From assembly GCA_965116495.1 (NCBI GenBank), contig OZ220696.1:2656001-2720000 (forward strand): a stretch of 64,000 nucleotides of DNA, in the 5' to 3' direction. Positions 1 to 10,293 of this stretch are shown piece by piece; the stretch's first letter is position 1; every line of letters starts with the position of its first letter. Below the pieces are notes generated by a model that ran no database searches, was not told the origin of the DNA, and saw nothing but the letters and a program-made list of their open reading frames with translations. The position numbers and the translations under genes were made by a program. This DNA is from Gammaproteobacteria bacterium (GTDB lineage: Bacteria; Pseudomonadota; Gammaproteobacteria; Eutrophobiales; Eutrophobiaceae).

Positions 1-1359
1 CTTGTCCGGAACCAGGTCGGCCAGGTGGCGATCTATGAAACCGGTGTCGAAATTCGCCGTGTGGAACTTTTCATGGGCGATGATCGAGGTGAGAAAGTCG
101 ATATTTGTGGTCACACCGGCCACCCGGGTACTGCTTAATGCTTCCAGCATACGGCGCAGACACTCCTTGCGGTCACTGCCATGGACTATGAGTTTCGCGA
201 TCAGCGGATCATAATGCACGGAGATAGTGTCGCCTTCCCGCACGCCGGTATCCACCCGTACCTGTGGCGTTTCGGTGGGGAAGCGCAGGTAGCTTAGGCT
301 GCCGGTTGCGGGCAGGAAGCCGTGCTCCGGGTCTTCCGCGTAGATACGAGCCTCCAGCGCATGGCCGTCGATGGCAAGCTGGTCCTGGTTTGCCGGCAGG
401 CGTTCGCCCGCGGCGACCCGCAGTTGCCATTCGACCAGGTCCCGGCCGGTGATGAATTCGGTCACCGGATGTTCGACCTGAAGACGGGTGTTCATTTCCA
501 TGAAATAAAACGTGCCGTCCGAATCGACGATGAACTCGACCGTACCGGCCCCGGTGTAATCGATGGCCCTGGCTGCGCTGATTGCGGCATCGCCCATTGC
601 GCTGCGCGTTGCATCCGTCATGCCGGGCGCCGGGGCTTCTTCCAGTACCTTTTGATGGCGCCGCTGGATCGAGCAGTCCCGTTCAAACAGGTGTACCGCA
701 TTGCCTTGGTTGTCGCAGAAGATCTGTATCTCGATGTGCCGGGGCTGTTCCAGGTATTTTTCCAGTAGCATCTTCTCGTCATTGAACGCGCCCAGCGCTT
801 CCCGCTTTGCCGAACGCAGCGCTTCGCTGAATTCTGCCGCGCTGTTCACTACCCGCATGCCCCTGCCGCCGCCACCCGCCGATGCCTTGAGCATGACCGG
901 AAAACCGATTTTTTCCGCCTCGTCCAGGAGGAACGCTTCCTCCTGGTTGTCGCCGTGGTAGCCGGGGACAAGGGGGATGCCGGCCTGCTGCATGATGGTT
1001 TTGGCCGCGCCTTTGGATCCCATGGACTCGATTGCCCGGGGCGATGGACCGATGAAGGTGATACCGGCGCCCCCGCAGGCTGCGGCAAAACCGGCATTCT
1101 CCGAGAGGAAACCGTAGCCTGGATGGATCGCCTCCGCGCCGGTGCGTTCAGCCGCGCCAATCAGTTTTTCCACTGCCAGGTAACTGTCCCGGGCCGGCGC
1201 AGGCCCGATGGAGACGGCTTCATCGGCCATGCTTACATGGCGAGCATCAATGTCTGCCTTGGAATAAACCGCAACCGTCCCGACACCCAGCCGTTTTGCG
1301 GTATGGACAATGCGACATGCGATCTCACCGCGGTTGGCGATTAATATTTTATTAAACAA
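1..1359 (-). CDS. liuD: 3-methylcrotonyl-CoA carboxylase biotin carboxylase subunit (runs off the window start)
   Basis: Manual translation from TTG at 1359 gives (M)FNKILIANRGEIACRIVHTAKRLG...AIHPGYGFLSEN...IKASAGGGGRGMR, the biotin carboxylase motifs. It lies directly downstream of liuC. Confidence 0.93.
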   Translation of the reverse strand, partial: MFNKILIANRGEIACRIVHTAKRLGVGTVAVYSKADIDARHVSMADEAVSIGPAPARDSYLAVEKLIGAAERTGAEAIHPGYGFLSENAGFAAACGGAGITFIGPSPRAIESMGSKGAAKTIMQQAGIPLVPGYHGDNQEEAFLLDEAEKIGFPVMLKASAGGGGRGMRVVNSAAEFSEALRSAKREALGAFNDEKMLLEKYLEQPRHIEIQIFCDNQGNAVHLFERDCSIQRRHQKVLEEAPAPGMTDATRSAMGDAAISAARAIDYTGAGTVEFIVDSDGTFYFMEMNTRLQVEHPVTEFITGRDLVEWQLRVAAGERLPANQDQLAIDGHALEARIYAEDPEHGFLPATGSLSYLRFPTETPQVRVDTGVREGDTISVHYDPLIAKLIVHGSDRKECLRRMLEALSSTRVAGVTTNIDFLTSIIAHEKFHTANFDTGFIDRHLADLVPDK

Positions 1360-1362
1360 TGG

Positions 1363-2151
1363 TCATTTCAACCAGGTCGGTTTACGCTTTTCCAGGAACG
1401 CGGATAAGCCCTCCTTGCCCTCCTCGGATGCGCGTATATCGGCAATGCTCTCGCTGGTCTGTTGCAGGAGTTCCCGGGTTACCGGCTTGCCCGCTACGTC
1501 AAACACCAGTTGTTTTGCCGCTTTCACCGCTTTGGAACTGTTGGCCAGTATGAGATCGATGGTCTTTTCCACGGCCTCATCCAGTGCGGATTCATCCATG
1601 ACCTCGGATATCAAGCCGATCTCTTTTGCCCGTCCGGCGCTGAAACGTTCCGCAGTCTGGAAATAGCGGCGCGCCTGTTTTTCGCCGATTGCGCGTATCA
1701 CGTAGGGGCTGATTGTAGCGGGTATCAAGCCGAGTTTTACCTCGCTGAACGCAAACACGGCGTTGTCGGCGGCCAGGGCTATATCACAACATGCTACCAG
1801 GCCGCAGCCACCGCCCATGGCCGCACCCTGCACTCTGGCAATGGTGGGAACGGGGAGGAAATTGAGCCGGAACAGCAACTCTGCCAGAGCGTTCGCATCC
1901 CGGACATTTTCAGTGCGGGTGTACCCGGCCATGCGTTTCATCCAGTCCAGATCGGCGCCGGCGGAGAAATTCCTGCCGGTGGAGCGCAATACCATCAGCT
2001 TGCAGTCCCGGTCCGTGCGGATTTCGTCCAGGACACTGCTCAATTCAGAAATAAAATCCTCGTTAAAGGCATTGTGTTTATCGGGACGGTTCAGGGTAAC
2101 CGTGGTTACGCCCCGTTTATCGGTACTACAGGTGATATATGTGTAAGTCAT
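1363..2151 (-). CDS. liuC: methylglutaconyl-CoA hydratase (enoyl-CoA hydratase family)
   Basis: LNRPDKHNAF, FSAGADL, AMGGGCGL, FSEVKLGLIPATISPY. Start placed at ATG 2151 (MTYTY) because the longer ORF reads through a palindromic repeat. Confidence 0.9.
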   Translation of the reverse strand: MTYTYITCSTDKRGVTTVTLNRPDKHNAFNEDFISELSSVLDEIRTDRDCKLMVLRSTGRNFSAGADLDWMKRMAGYTRTENVRDANALAELLFRLNFLPVPTIARVQGAAMGGGCGLVACCDIALAADNAVFAFSEVKLGLIPATISPYVIRAIGEKQARRYFQTAERFSAGRAKEIGLISEVMDESALDEAVEKTIDLILANSSKAVKAAKQLVFDVAGKPVTRELLQQTSESIADIRASEEGKEGLSAFLEKRKPTWLK

Positions 2152-2221
2152 GTCATTCAGCGTATCGGTGTCTATACATTCCCAATTCCCGATATTTGGG
2201 GTCACCCCAAAATATCCCAGT

Positions 2222-3829
2222 TCACATGCGGAACAAACCGAAACGGGTGTCCTCCAGAGGTGCGTTCAGGGCGGCGGAAATGCCCAGTCCCAGGACCCGG
2301 CGGGTATCCCGCGGCGCGATAATCCCGTCGTCCCACAAACGGGCGCTGGCGTAATAAGGATGCCCCTGGGTTTCGTATTGTTCACGTATCGGTGCTTTAA
2401 ACGCTTCCTGTTCCGCCTCGGGCCAGTCCTCGCCTTTTGCCGCCAGATTGTCAAGCCTCACCTGCGCCAGTACATTGGCCGCCTGTTCGCCACCCATCAC
2501 GGAAATGCGGGCGTTGGGCCACATCCACAAAAAGCGGGGGTCGTACGCGCGACCGCACATGCCGTAGTTGCCGGCGCCGAAACTGCCGCCGATGATCACG
2601 GTGAACTTCGGCGTCCTGGTCGTTGCCACCGCGGTGACCATCTTAGCGCCGTCCTTGGCAATACCGCCGGCCTCGTATTTCTGTCCCACCATGAACCCGG
2701 TAATGTTTTGCAGAAAAATGAGAGGAATAGTTCTCTGGCTACACAGTTCGATGAAATGTGTGCCTTTCAGGGCCGATTCGGAAAATAAAATACCGTTATT
2801 GGCGACAATACCGACGGGGTAACCGTAAATATGGGCAAAACCACAAACCAGGGTGGAACCGTACAGGGGTTTGAATTCGGCAAATTCGCTGCCGTCAATG
2901 ATACGAGCAATGACCTCGCGTACGTCAAACGGCTTGCGTGTATCCGGGGGAATCACCCCGTCTATTTCGTCGATTGCATATGCAGGTTCAACCGTTTCCC
3001 TGATATCCAGGCCGATATGCTTACGGGTATTAAAGTGGTCAACTGATCGTCTTGCCAGGTCCAGGGCATGCTGATCGTTCAAAGCATAATGATCCGTTAC
3101 GCCCGACTCGCGTGAATGCACGTCGGCGCCACCCAGTTCTTCCGCACTGACCACCTCGCCCGTCGCCGCCTTGACCAGCGGCGGGCCGCCCAGAAATATC
3201 GTCCCCTGGTGCCTGACGATGATGCTCTCATCGGACATGGCCGGCACATAGGCGCCGCCCGCGGTACAGGAACCCATGACCACGGCAAGCTGGGGGATGC
3301 CCCTGGCCGACATGTTGGCCTGGTTGTAGAAACTGCGGCCGAAATGGTCCCGGTCCGGGAAGACTTCATCCTGTTTCGGCAGAAACGCGCCGCCTGAATC
3401 CACCAGGTAGATACAGGGGAGGTGATTCATCAAGGCGATTTCCTGGGCGCGCAGGTGTTTTTTTACCGTCATCGGGTAATAAGTGCCGCCTTTGACGGTG
3501 GCGTCATTTGCCACGATCAGGCATTCCCTACCTGCTACGCGGCCGATACCTGTAATAATCCCTGCGGCCGGTACGGCATTGTCATACATGCCCCACGCGG
3601 CCAGTTGGGACAGTTCCAGAAAAGGCGAGCCCGGGTCGCACAGGCGTCTGATACGATCCCGGGGGAGCAGTTTGCCGCGGGACAGGTGCTTCTCCCGGGC
3701 TTTTTCATCTCCACCCAGAGCCACGATACCGACCTTCTCATTCAGGTCATCGACCAGGGACTGCATGGCCGCGGAATTGGCCTTGAACTCGCTGGAATCG
3801 GGTTTCAGAGATGTTTCCAGAACGGTCAT
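2222..3829 (-). CDS. liuB: 3-methylcrotonyl-CoA carboxylase carboxyltransferase subunit
   Basis: [33 protein letters not shown], and the C-terminal FGLFRM. Confidence 0.95.
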   Translation of the reverse strand: MTVLETSLKPDSSEFKANSAAMQSLVDDLNEKVGIVALGGDEKAREKHLSRGKLLPRDRIRRLCDPGSPFLELSQLAAWGMYDNAVPAAGIITGIGRVAGRECLIVANDATVKGGTYYPMTVKKHLRAQEIALMNHLPCIYLVDSGGAFLPKQDEVFPDRDHFGRSFYNQANMSARGIPQLAVVMGSCTAGGAYVPAMSDESIIVRHQGTIFLGGPPLVKAATGEVVSAEELGGADVHSRESGVTDHYALNDQHALDLARRSVDHFNTRKHIGLDIRETVEPAYAIDEIDGVIPPDTRKPFDVREVIARIIDGSEFAEFKPLYGSTLVCGFAHIYGYPVGIVANNGILFSESALKGTHFIELCSQRTIPLIFLQNITGFMVGQKYEAGGIAKDGAKMVTAVATTRTPKFTVIIGGSFGAGNYGMCGRAYDPRFLWMWPNARISVMGGEQAANVLAQVRLDNLAAKGEDWPEAEQEAFKAPIREQYETQGHPYYASARLWDDGIIAPRDTRRVLGLGISAALNAPLEDTRFGLFRM

Positions 3830-3835
3830 GAACGG

Positions 3836-5008
3836 TCAGGCTGATTCTTCGAAAAGTTCGCGGCCGATGAGCATGCGCCTGATTTCGCTGGTGCCGGCGC
3901 CGATTTCGTACAGTTTTGCATCGCGCAGCAGTCGGCCGGCAGGGAACTCGTTGATATAGCCGTTACCACCCAGTGCCTGGATAGCTTCCAGGGCCATCCA
4001 GGTTGCTTTTTCCGCCGCGTAAAGAATGGCGCCGGCGGCGTCTTTGCGGGCCGTTTCCCCCCGGTCACAGGCCGCAGCGACCGCGTAGACATACGCGCGG
4101 CATGCATTCATGGTGGTGTACATATCGGCGATCTTCCCCTGCATCAGTTGAAACTCACCAATAGGCCGGTTGAACTGCTTGCGTTCATGAACATAGGGTA
4201 TGACCGCGTCCATACAGGCCTGCATGATGCCCAGCGGGCCGCCGGCGAGTACGGCCCGCTCGTAGTCCAGCCCGCTCATCAGCACCTTGACGCCTTCGTT
4301 GACCTTACCCAGGACATTTTCTTCAGGGACTTCACAGTCCTCAAATACCAGTTCACAGGTGTTGGAACCCCGCATGCCCAGTTTATCCAGCTTCTGTGCC
4401 GTAGAGAAACCGGCGAAACCGTTCTCTATGATAAACGCGGTGATGCCGCGCGCGCGCGCATCGGGGTCTGTCTTTGCATATACAACCAGGGTGTGCGCAT
4501 CGGGTCCGTTGGTAATCCACATCTTGGTACCGTTAAGTATGTATTTCTCACCTTTCCTTTCTGCCCGCAAACGCATACCCACCACGTCGGAACCGGCGCC
4601 TGTCTCGGACATGGCCAGTGCGCCAGTATGGGCACCGCTGATCAACCCGGGCAGATATTTTCGTTTTTGCCCCTCATTGCCGTTACGGCGTATCTGGTTG
4701 ACACAGAGATTGGAATGGGCGCCGTAAGACAGACCCACGGATGCGGAAGCCCGGCTGATCTCCTCCATGGCAACCACGTGTTCCAGGTACCCCATGCCTG
4801 TGCCCCCGTATTCCTCCTCAGCCGTAATGCCCAGTAATCCCATCTCGCCTAATTTGCCCCAGAGTTGCGCAGGAAATTCATTGGTTTTATCAATTTCGGC
4901 CGCCAGTGGAGCGATTTCCATTTGCGCAAAGTCATGTACGGATTCACGTAGCATGACGGCGGTATCGCCAAGGTTAAAGTTCAATCCAGGGTAATCGGTA
5001 GTCATCAT
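3836..5008 (-). CDS. liuA: isovaleryl-CoA dehydrogenase
   Basis: [50 protein letters not shown]. Confidence 0.95.
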   Translation of the reverse strand: MMTTDYPGLNFNLGDTAVMLRESVHDFAQMEIAPLAAEIDKTNEFPAQLWGKLGEMGLLGITAEEEYGGTGMGYLEHVVAMEEISRASASVGLSYGAHSNLCVNQIRRNGNEGQKRKYLPGLISGAHTGALAMSETGAGSDVVGMRLRAERKGEKYILNGTKMWITNGPDAHTLVVYAKTDPDARARGITAFIIENGFAGFSTAQKLDKLGMRGSNTCELVFEDCEVPEENVLGKVNEGVKVLMSGLDYERAVLAGGPLGIMQACMDAVIPYVHERKQFNRPIGEFQLMQGKIADMYTTMNACRAYVYAVAAACDRGETARKDAAGAILYAAEKATWMALEAIQALGGNGYINEFPAGRLLRDAKLYEIGAGTSEIRRMLIGRELFEESA

Positions 5009-5021
5009 AAAACCTAAGTTT

Positions 5022-5039
5022 CTTTACGTTAACGTCAAA
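5022..5039. promoter_or_regulatory. LiuR operator palindrome upstream of liuA
   Basis: CTTTACGTTAACGTCAAA matches the known LiuR consensus TTTACGTwwACGTAAA. Confidence 0.8.
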
Positions 5040-5058
5040 TATATCATACAGGAGAGAC

Positions 5059-5439
5059 TCAACTGGTATTTTCCATCAGCTTGTCCAGGCACTTCTTCTC
5101 GACCTCATCCATCTGCTTGAGGGTAGCTTCCACGGCATTCATTTTTTCCAGTAAAGCGCTCCTGTGTTCAGTGATTTTCTGACACAGGCGTATCAGTTGC
5201 TGGGTGTTATCCGATTGCGAAGGATCATACATATCTATGATATCACGGCATTCTTCCAGGGAAAACCCGAGTTGCTTCCCGCGCAGGGTGAGTAGCAGAC
5301 GAGTCTTGTCACGGTCAGAATATATACGCGTCTGGCCCCGCTTGGCTGGCGCCAGTAACCCTTTGCTCTCGTAGAAACGCAGAGCCCTGGGGGTAACATC
5401 AAACTGCTCAGCAAGGTTTTGTATGGAATAGCAGGACAC
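5059..5439 (-). CDS. liuR: MerR-family regulator LiuR
   Basis: YSIQNLAEQFDVTPRALRFYESKGLL MerR HTH, directly upstream of liuA. Confidence 0.88.
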   Translation of the reverse strand: MSCYSIQNLAEQFDVTPRALRFYESKGLLAPAKRGQTRIYSDRDKTRLLLTLRGKQLGFSLEECRDIIDMYDPSQSDNTQQLIRLCQKITEHRSALLEKMNAVEATLKQMDEVEKKCLDKLMENTS

Positions 5440-5456
5440 TGGTGAACCCCAAATTA

Positions 5457-5474
5457 ACTTACGTTAACGTCAAC
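5457..5474. promoter_or_regulatory. LiuR operator palindrome upstream of liuR (autoregulation)
   Basis: ACTTACGTTAACGTCAAC, a second copy of the same core. Confidence 0.78.
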
Positions 5475-5521
5475 TTTAGCTATAAAAGTTGAAAAGATCA
5501 AGGTGAAAAACGCCAATTAAT

Positions 5522-5599
5522 GGGGGCGGAATAGAATTCCGTCCCCTTGCGCGTTGCATACCGGGGGCAACACACCGGGACAGAATTGATTCTGTCCCC
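5522..5599. repeat. pair of REP-like palindromes (GGGACAGAAT-n-ATTCTGTCCC family)
   Basis: GGGGGCGGAATAGAATTCCGTCCCC (5522-5546) and GGGACAGAATTGATTCTGTCCC (5577-5598). Same family recurs at 31906 and 42482. Confidence 0.75.
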
Positions 5600-5613
5600 T
5601 TTTCCCAGGGTGG

Positions 5614-6174
5614 CTAACTTTTTTCGGTAGCGACACCCAGGATAATGGCTGTAGAGCAATGATAAATCGTGCTGTTCTCCGTGCCGACGCACCAGTTGAT
5701 GTCGTTATTGGAGAATGCGCGATATGGGGGTTTGTCTCCCACGTTATTGTTACACAGGCAACGGCTGCAAGATGTCTTGCCGCAGCAGTCGTTGTAGGAA
5801 ATGATGTAATTCAGGTTGTCCGCCGGATTTTTGCAGGTGCCTATCCAGGTCATGGGGGACATCTTTGTTCCCGGGGGGCAGGAATTGTGTGTGCCGCCGC
5901 AACAACTGCAAAGGAAACCGTCGATGGCACAGTAGCGCCAGTAATCGCAGGAAGCCGGGTCACCCGGGTCTGCGTCAGGGTTACCACTGGTTTGCGGCGC
6001 AACCCCGTGATACCCACTGCCGTCAGCGCCGCCCGCGGCCCGGGCTACCGGCAACAGGGGGAGAGCCGCGCCGCCGGCCAGAGTCAGACCTATGCGCTTC
6101 AACAGGTGCCGGCGCGAGGTGTTGCCGGCAACCCGGCGGGCGAATCTTTCAGTAATTTTATCGAACCAATACAT
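5614..6174 (-). CDS. mauA: TTQ amine dehydrogenase light (small) subunit, aromatic amine dehydrogenase-like
   Basis: Tat signal SRRHLLK. Cys-rich CDYWRYCAIDGFLCSCCGG, with TTQ-forming Trp in SPMTWIGTC and NDINWC. Confidence 0.93.
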   Translation of the reverse strand: MYWFDKITERFARRVAGNTSRRHLLKRIGLTLAGGAALPLLPVARAAGGADGSGYHGVAPQTSGNPDADPGDPASCDYWRYCAIDGFLCSCCGGTHNSCPPGTKMSPMTWIGTCKNPADNLNYIISYNDCCGKTSCSRCLCNNNVGDKPPYRAFSNNDINWCVGTENSTIYHCSTAIILGVATEKS

Positions 6175-6237
6175 TTAGCCTGCCCTTAGCGTTATTTTGA
6201 TCCTGGTCTCAGCGGCCTGATATTTTCGTGTATGTAC

Positions 6238-6255
6238 GGGGTCAGGTCGCACATT
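6238..6255. repeat. single arm of the GGGGTCAGGTCGCACA REP-like repeat
   Basis: GGGGTCAGGTCGCACATT shares its first 16 nt with the arm at 7460. Confidence 0.65.
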
Positions 6256-6256
6256 A

Positions 6257-7405
6257 TCATCTTGACGCATGGAGAATAAAAGGCGTTTCAAAAGCCCTGC
6301 CGCCGATAAGGCGCAGCCATTCACCGCTATCAGCGGAATAAACGTCCAGATCCATATTACCGTTAGTCACAACCAGGTAAGGTTGCTCCCCCTGGGTTAC
6401 TTCTATGGAGACGCCCCATTCTTTCAAGCTGATGCGCTCAACACGCTTGTTGGCATCCACGTCATAAATCCAGATCTCGCTGCCGCCGCCTTTATGGGAT
6501 CCGTCTTCCCCGTCAGGGTGCATGAGCACGAACAAGCGTCCGCTCGCTTCATGGGCTGTAGTAATCTGCCAGCCGCCCGGACGCCAGTTATCCTGACGGT
6601 CCTCATCCTGCAGTAACGACCAGCCTGCCTGTATGGCAGGATCTGCTGCGTTCATGTCAACAGGATGCACCATGCCCTTGAAGGACGGAAAATAATATAC
6701 CCCGGCTATGACTGCCGGTTTGGCAAAAATCGGGTCGATGTCGGCGTCGAAGAACGCGTCGGTGCGTTCCTGCCTGGTCATCCTGCCGTTTTCATCCAGG
6801 TGGGTGACCAGCATTGTGTTATCACCGCACAGGCTGCCGAAGCTGCGCTGTCCTGACGGGTAGATCATACTGCAACCGGCCAGGAAGATTTCAGCCAGGA
6901 ACGCGCGTTGTTCGATATCGATAACACTGACGGAGGTACCCGGAGTGAAATTGTACAGCAGCAGGAAATTTTCATTATCCAGGAACTGCAGCGTGTTCTT
7001 GTGGGTGACAATCATGCTGCGCTTGGCGTCGGGCAGGACTATCTCGCCTATAGGGGCGAGATTGACCTTGTCATAGATGCTGATCAAATCCGTCTTCTCA
7101 CCGCGCAGACGCCGGGAATATATTGATTCCGCCACGTACATTTCCGGTCTGGTCGTTGCGGCGATAAAGGACGGAAAGTGGGATGAGGGGATGGAGCCTT
7201 TGTAATTACGGTTTTCGGCCGCCACGTCGACCAGGACTACCTTGGCGTCAAGCAGCGAGAAAAAATTGGTGTCATGGGCATACACCCAGGTGTCGGGGTA
7301 GCTTGACGGCAGTGTTTCCACGTTGGGAATTGATTCTGCCGGTAATTCAGCCAGAGATACCGTCGAGATAAAAACCAGCATCAGGCCGAAAATGGCGCGT
7401 TTCAT
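6257..7405 (-). CDS. mauB: TTQ amine dehydrogenase heavy (large) subunit, beta-propeller
   Basis: Sec signal MKRAIFGLMLVFISTVSLA, YNFTPGTSVSVID, WRPGGWQ, GSHKGGGSEIW. Adjacent to mauA. Confidence 0.9.
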   Translation of the reverse strand: MKRAIFGLMLVFISTVSLAELPAESIPNVETLPSSYPDTWVYAHDTNFFSLLDAKVVLVDVAAENRNYKGSIPSSHFPSFIAATTRPEMYVAESIYSRRLRGEKTDLISIYDKVNLAPIGEIVLPDAKRSMIVTHKNTLQFLDNENFLLLYNFTPGTSVSVIDIEQRAFLAEIFLAGCSMIYPSGQRSFGSLCGDNTMLVTHLDENGRMTRQERTDAFFDADIDPIFAKPAVIAGVYYFPSFKGMVHPVDMNAADPAIQAGWSLLQDEDRQDNWRPGGWQITTAHEASGRLFVLMHPDGEDGSHKGGGSEIWIYDVDANKRVERISLKEWGVSIEVTQGEQPYLVVTNGNMDLDVYSADSGEWLRLIGGRAFETPFILHASR

Positions 7406-7458
7406 ATTTGTCTCCCCGAATTTGCTAAATTGAATACCCGGCAGTAGGTATGTAGGTA

Positions 7459-7546
7459 TGGGGTCAGGTCGCACAATGCACACCAGTGATTCGTCTCATT
7501 CCCGGCCTGATACTCACTCACGTGTGCATTGTGCGACCTGACCCCA
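7459..7546. repeat. REP-like inverted repeat with perfect 25-bp arms
   Basis: TGGGGTCAGGTCGCACAATGCACAC (7459-7483) and its reverse complement (7522-7546). Confidence 0.85.
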
Positions 7547-7636
7547 CACCCGCATACATACTCGCCGGGTGCTTTGTTAGTATACCATTAAAAGTTATAG
7601 GACAAGCTGCCCCCTACCCAGCGCGGCCGACCGTAA

Positions 7637-8017
7637 ACTGAACTCAAATTCTGGATTGATGACCTGAATACCCCGGAAACTACCTCATTCTTCCCGGAAC
7701 TCTGGGCATTGGGGAACCATGACCCCTATATTGCCGAGTTGATCGATGACCTGTACGCAAAGGCCAGGTTGCCGTTGAACGAACTGATCCCGCAAATCAA
7801 CCCGACCCTGACCAGGAAAGAGGCGGAGCGGATGGCATTGTACATGTGCGCGGCGATGGAAGGCCTGACCGTCTTCGTGGGAAATGACAAGTCCTGGTCC
7901 AACCAGATCGAGGAGATAAAACGGATCACCATCAGGAACTTCATGACGATGATCAAGAACACGGCCGGCAAGCGTAAGCAAAGTAAGCGGGATGACGCGA
8001 CTGAACAGCCTTTATGA
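7637..8017 (+). pseudogene. C-terminal fragment of a TetR-family regulator, HTH missing
   Basis: Frame opens after TAA at 7634 and reads KFWIDDLNTPETTSFFPELWALGNHDP...AAMEGLTVF, a helical TetR-C-like segment with no HTH. Confidence 0.55.
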
Positions 8018-8084
8018 CTTGCCTTCTCAACCATCTGTGACACACTACGCACCTTCAATAGTGGCAACATAAGGGATTCAGGAC

Positions 8085-9455
8085 ATGACCGACTCAACCA
8101 AATACCTGTTACAGGAAGCCGACATACCCACAGCCTGGTACAACATCGCCGCGGATTTACCCGAACCGCCGCCGCCGGTATTGCATCCCGGGACCGGTCA
8201 ACCCATCACGCCGGATGATCTCGCCCCGCTGTTTCCGATGGCCGTGGTTGAGCAGGAAGTCAGCAGCGAACGTTATATCGATATACCGGACCCGGTGAGG
8301 GATATTCTCAAGCAATGGCGGCCATCACCACTGTACCGGGCGCGCCGGCTGGAACAGGCCCTGGATACGCCTGCGCGGATTTATTACAAGTACGAGGGTG
8401 TGAGTCCGGCCGGGTCCCATAAGCCCAATACCGCGGTGGCCCAGGCATTTTACTCGAAACAGGAGGGAGTAAAGCGCATCACCACGGAAACGGGCGCCGG
8501 CCAGTGGGGGTCGGCGCTGGCATTGGCCGGTGCATTTTTTGACCTGGAGATTGAGGTGTATATGGTGAAGGTGAGCTTTAACCAGAAACCCTACCGGCGC
8601 GCCTTCATGGAAAGTTTCGGCGCCACCTGTATTGCCAGTCCCAGTGATACTACGCAAGCGGGCCGGGCCGTACTTGCGGAAAATCCCGACAGTACCGGCA
8701 GTCTCGGCATCGCCATCAGTGAGGCGGTGGAACGCGCGGTACAGCGGGACGATACCCGCTATGCCCTCGGCAGCGTGCTGAACCACGTCCTGCTGCACCA
8801 GACGGTCATCGGCCAGGAGACCATGAAACAACTGGATATGGCCGGCGACTATCCCGATATCATCGTCGGCTGTACCGGCGGAGGCAGTAATTTCGCCGGC
8901 ATCGCGTTTCCCTTCCTGGGAGAAAAACTGCGCGGCGGGCAGGACGTACATATCGTCGCGGTCGAACCGGCCAACTGCCCGACCCTGACCAAGGGTAAGT
9001 ACGCGTATGATTTCGGCGACACCGGACATCTCACCCCGCTGGTCAAGATGCATACGCTGGGCTCGAAATTTGTCCCACCTGGATTTCACGCAGGCGGCCT
9101 GCGTTATCACGGTATGGGACCGCTGGTAAGTCAGGTAGCCGAGCTTGGCCTGGTACACCCGCGTTCCTATCCGCAGTCTGCCTGTTTTGATGCGGGGGTG
9201 CAGTTTGCCAAGGCGGAGGGGATTCTCCCTGCGCCGGAAGCGAATCACGCAGTTGTCGCCGCTATCGAGGAAGCAGAAAAATGCAGGGAAGAGGGCGTCA
9301 GCAAGGCGATTTTATTCAACCTGTGCGGCCACGGGCATTTCGACATGCAGGCGTACATGGACTATTTTGCGGGCAAACTGTACGACCAGGAATATTCCGA
9401 GGAAGAACTCGCGATGGCCCTGGCCGGCCTGCCCTCGGTGGCAGCCGCCGCCTGA
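8085..9455 (+). CDS. trpB2: tryptophan synthase beta-like protein TrpB2
   Basis: IPTAWYNI, KYEGVSPAGSHKPNTA (PLP Lys), TETGAGQWG, GGGSN, FNLCGHGHFD. No trpA adjacent. Confidence 0.92.
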   Translation: MTDSTKYLLQEADIPTAWYNIAADLPEPPPPVLHPGTGQPITPDDLAPLFPMAVVEQEVSSERYIDIPDPVRDILKQWRPSPLYRARRLEQALDTPARIYYKYEGVSPAGSHKPNTAVAQAFYSKQEGVKRITTETGAGQWGSALALAGAFFDLEIEVYMVKVSFNQKPYRRAFMESFGATCIASPSDTTQAGRAVLAENPDSTGSLGIAISEAVERAVQRDDTRYALGSVLNHVLLHQTVIGQETMKQLDMAGDYPDIIVGCTGGGSNFAGIAFPFLGEKLRGGQDVHIVAVEPANCPTLTKGKYAYDFGDTGHLTPLVKMHTLGSKFVPPGFHAGGLRYHGMGPLVSQVAELGLVHPRSYPQSACFDAGVQFAKAEGILPAPEANHAVVAAIEEAEKCREEGVSKAILFNLCGHGHFDMQAYMDYFAGKLYDQEYSEEELAMALAGLPSVAAAA

Positions 9456-9456
9456 A

Positions 9457-10293
9457 GTGAATACAACCTCTTCTGCCGAACGACAATCCGGACACGATAT
9501 CGTCATTGTCGGCGGCGGGGTTGCCGGCATCCACCTGGCAACAAAACTGGGACGGGCTTTTCGTTCTGACCCGGATGTTTCGGTCAGGCTCGTCGATGCT
9601 GCGCTGACCCACGTCTGGAAACCTTCACTGCATGAATTTGCGGCAGGTTCCCGCGGCATCGGAGATGACGAGGTCAGTTTCCTGTCGCACTCGGTGAGGA
9701 ATAACTACGAATTCCGTCTCGGGCACCTCGCCGGGGTGGACACTGAAAAGCAAGCTGTCACACTCAACGCCGTCACTGATAACGCCGGAAAACCCATCGC
9801 TCCGAGACGCACTTTGGCTTACGACACACTCGTTCTGGCCATCGGCAGCGTCTGCTCCGATATGGGTGTGCCGGGCGTCGCTGAAAACTGTCTGTTCCTG
9901 GACAATCGAAGGCAGGCGCAAAGTCTGCACCGCGAACTACTGAACCTCTGTTTGCGCTATGACAGCGGTGCGTTGCCGGACGGCGTTAATTCAATCGATA
10001 TCGCCATAGTAGGAGGCGGCGCCACAGGCGTGGAGCTGGCGGCCGAATTGCGCGAGGCAACGCATAGCGGGCTCGACACTCTGGTACCCTCCGGGCGTGT
10101 CCACATCAGCGTTATCGAAGCAAGCGACCGGCTGGTGCCGGGTTTGCCGGAACGTCTGTCGAACGCGGTGCGGCGCGAGCTTGAGAAGCTCGATATCAAC
10201 GTGTTATTGAACAGCAGCGTAACCGGTGTAACTCAACAAAGTATCATGCTGAATGATGACCGGAACATCGATGCGCATTTTAGGCAAGAGTAA
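9457..10293 (+). pseudogene. ndh: type II NADH dehydrogenase-like flavoprotein, C-terminally truncated
   Basis: IVIVGGGVAG, HVWKPSLHE, YDTLVLAIGS, IAIVGGGATGVELAAEL. Ends after about 278 aa, before the expected VWAAG motif. Confidence 0.75.

Noticed and set aside
5614-7405. Calling the enzyme methylamine dehydrogenase (methylotrophy)
   Set aside because: Light-chain motifs look closer to aromatic amine dehydrogenase and no C1 genes are nearby. The mau symbols are used for the family only.
5522-7546. Repeats as a possible CRISPR array
   Set aside because: They are dispersed palindromes without regular repeat-spacer periodicity, and no cas genes are present.
9145-9456. N-terminal extension of the 382-aa ORF overlapping trpB2
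   Set aside because: Similarity to NDH-2 begins only after GTG 9457; the extension is an off-frame read of trpB2.
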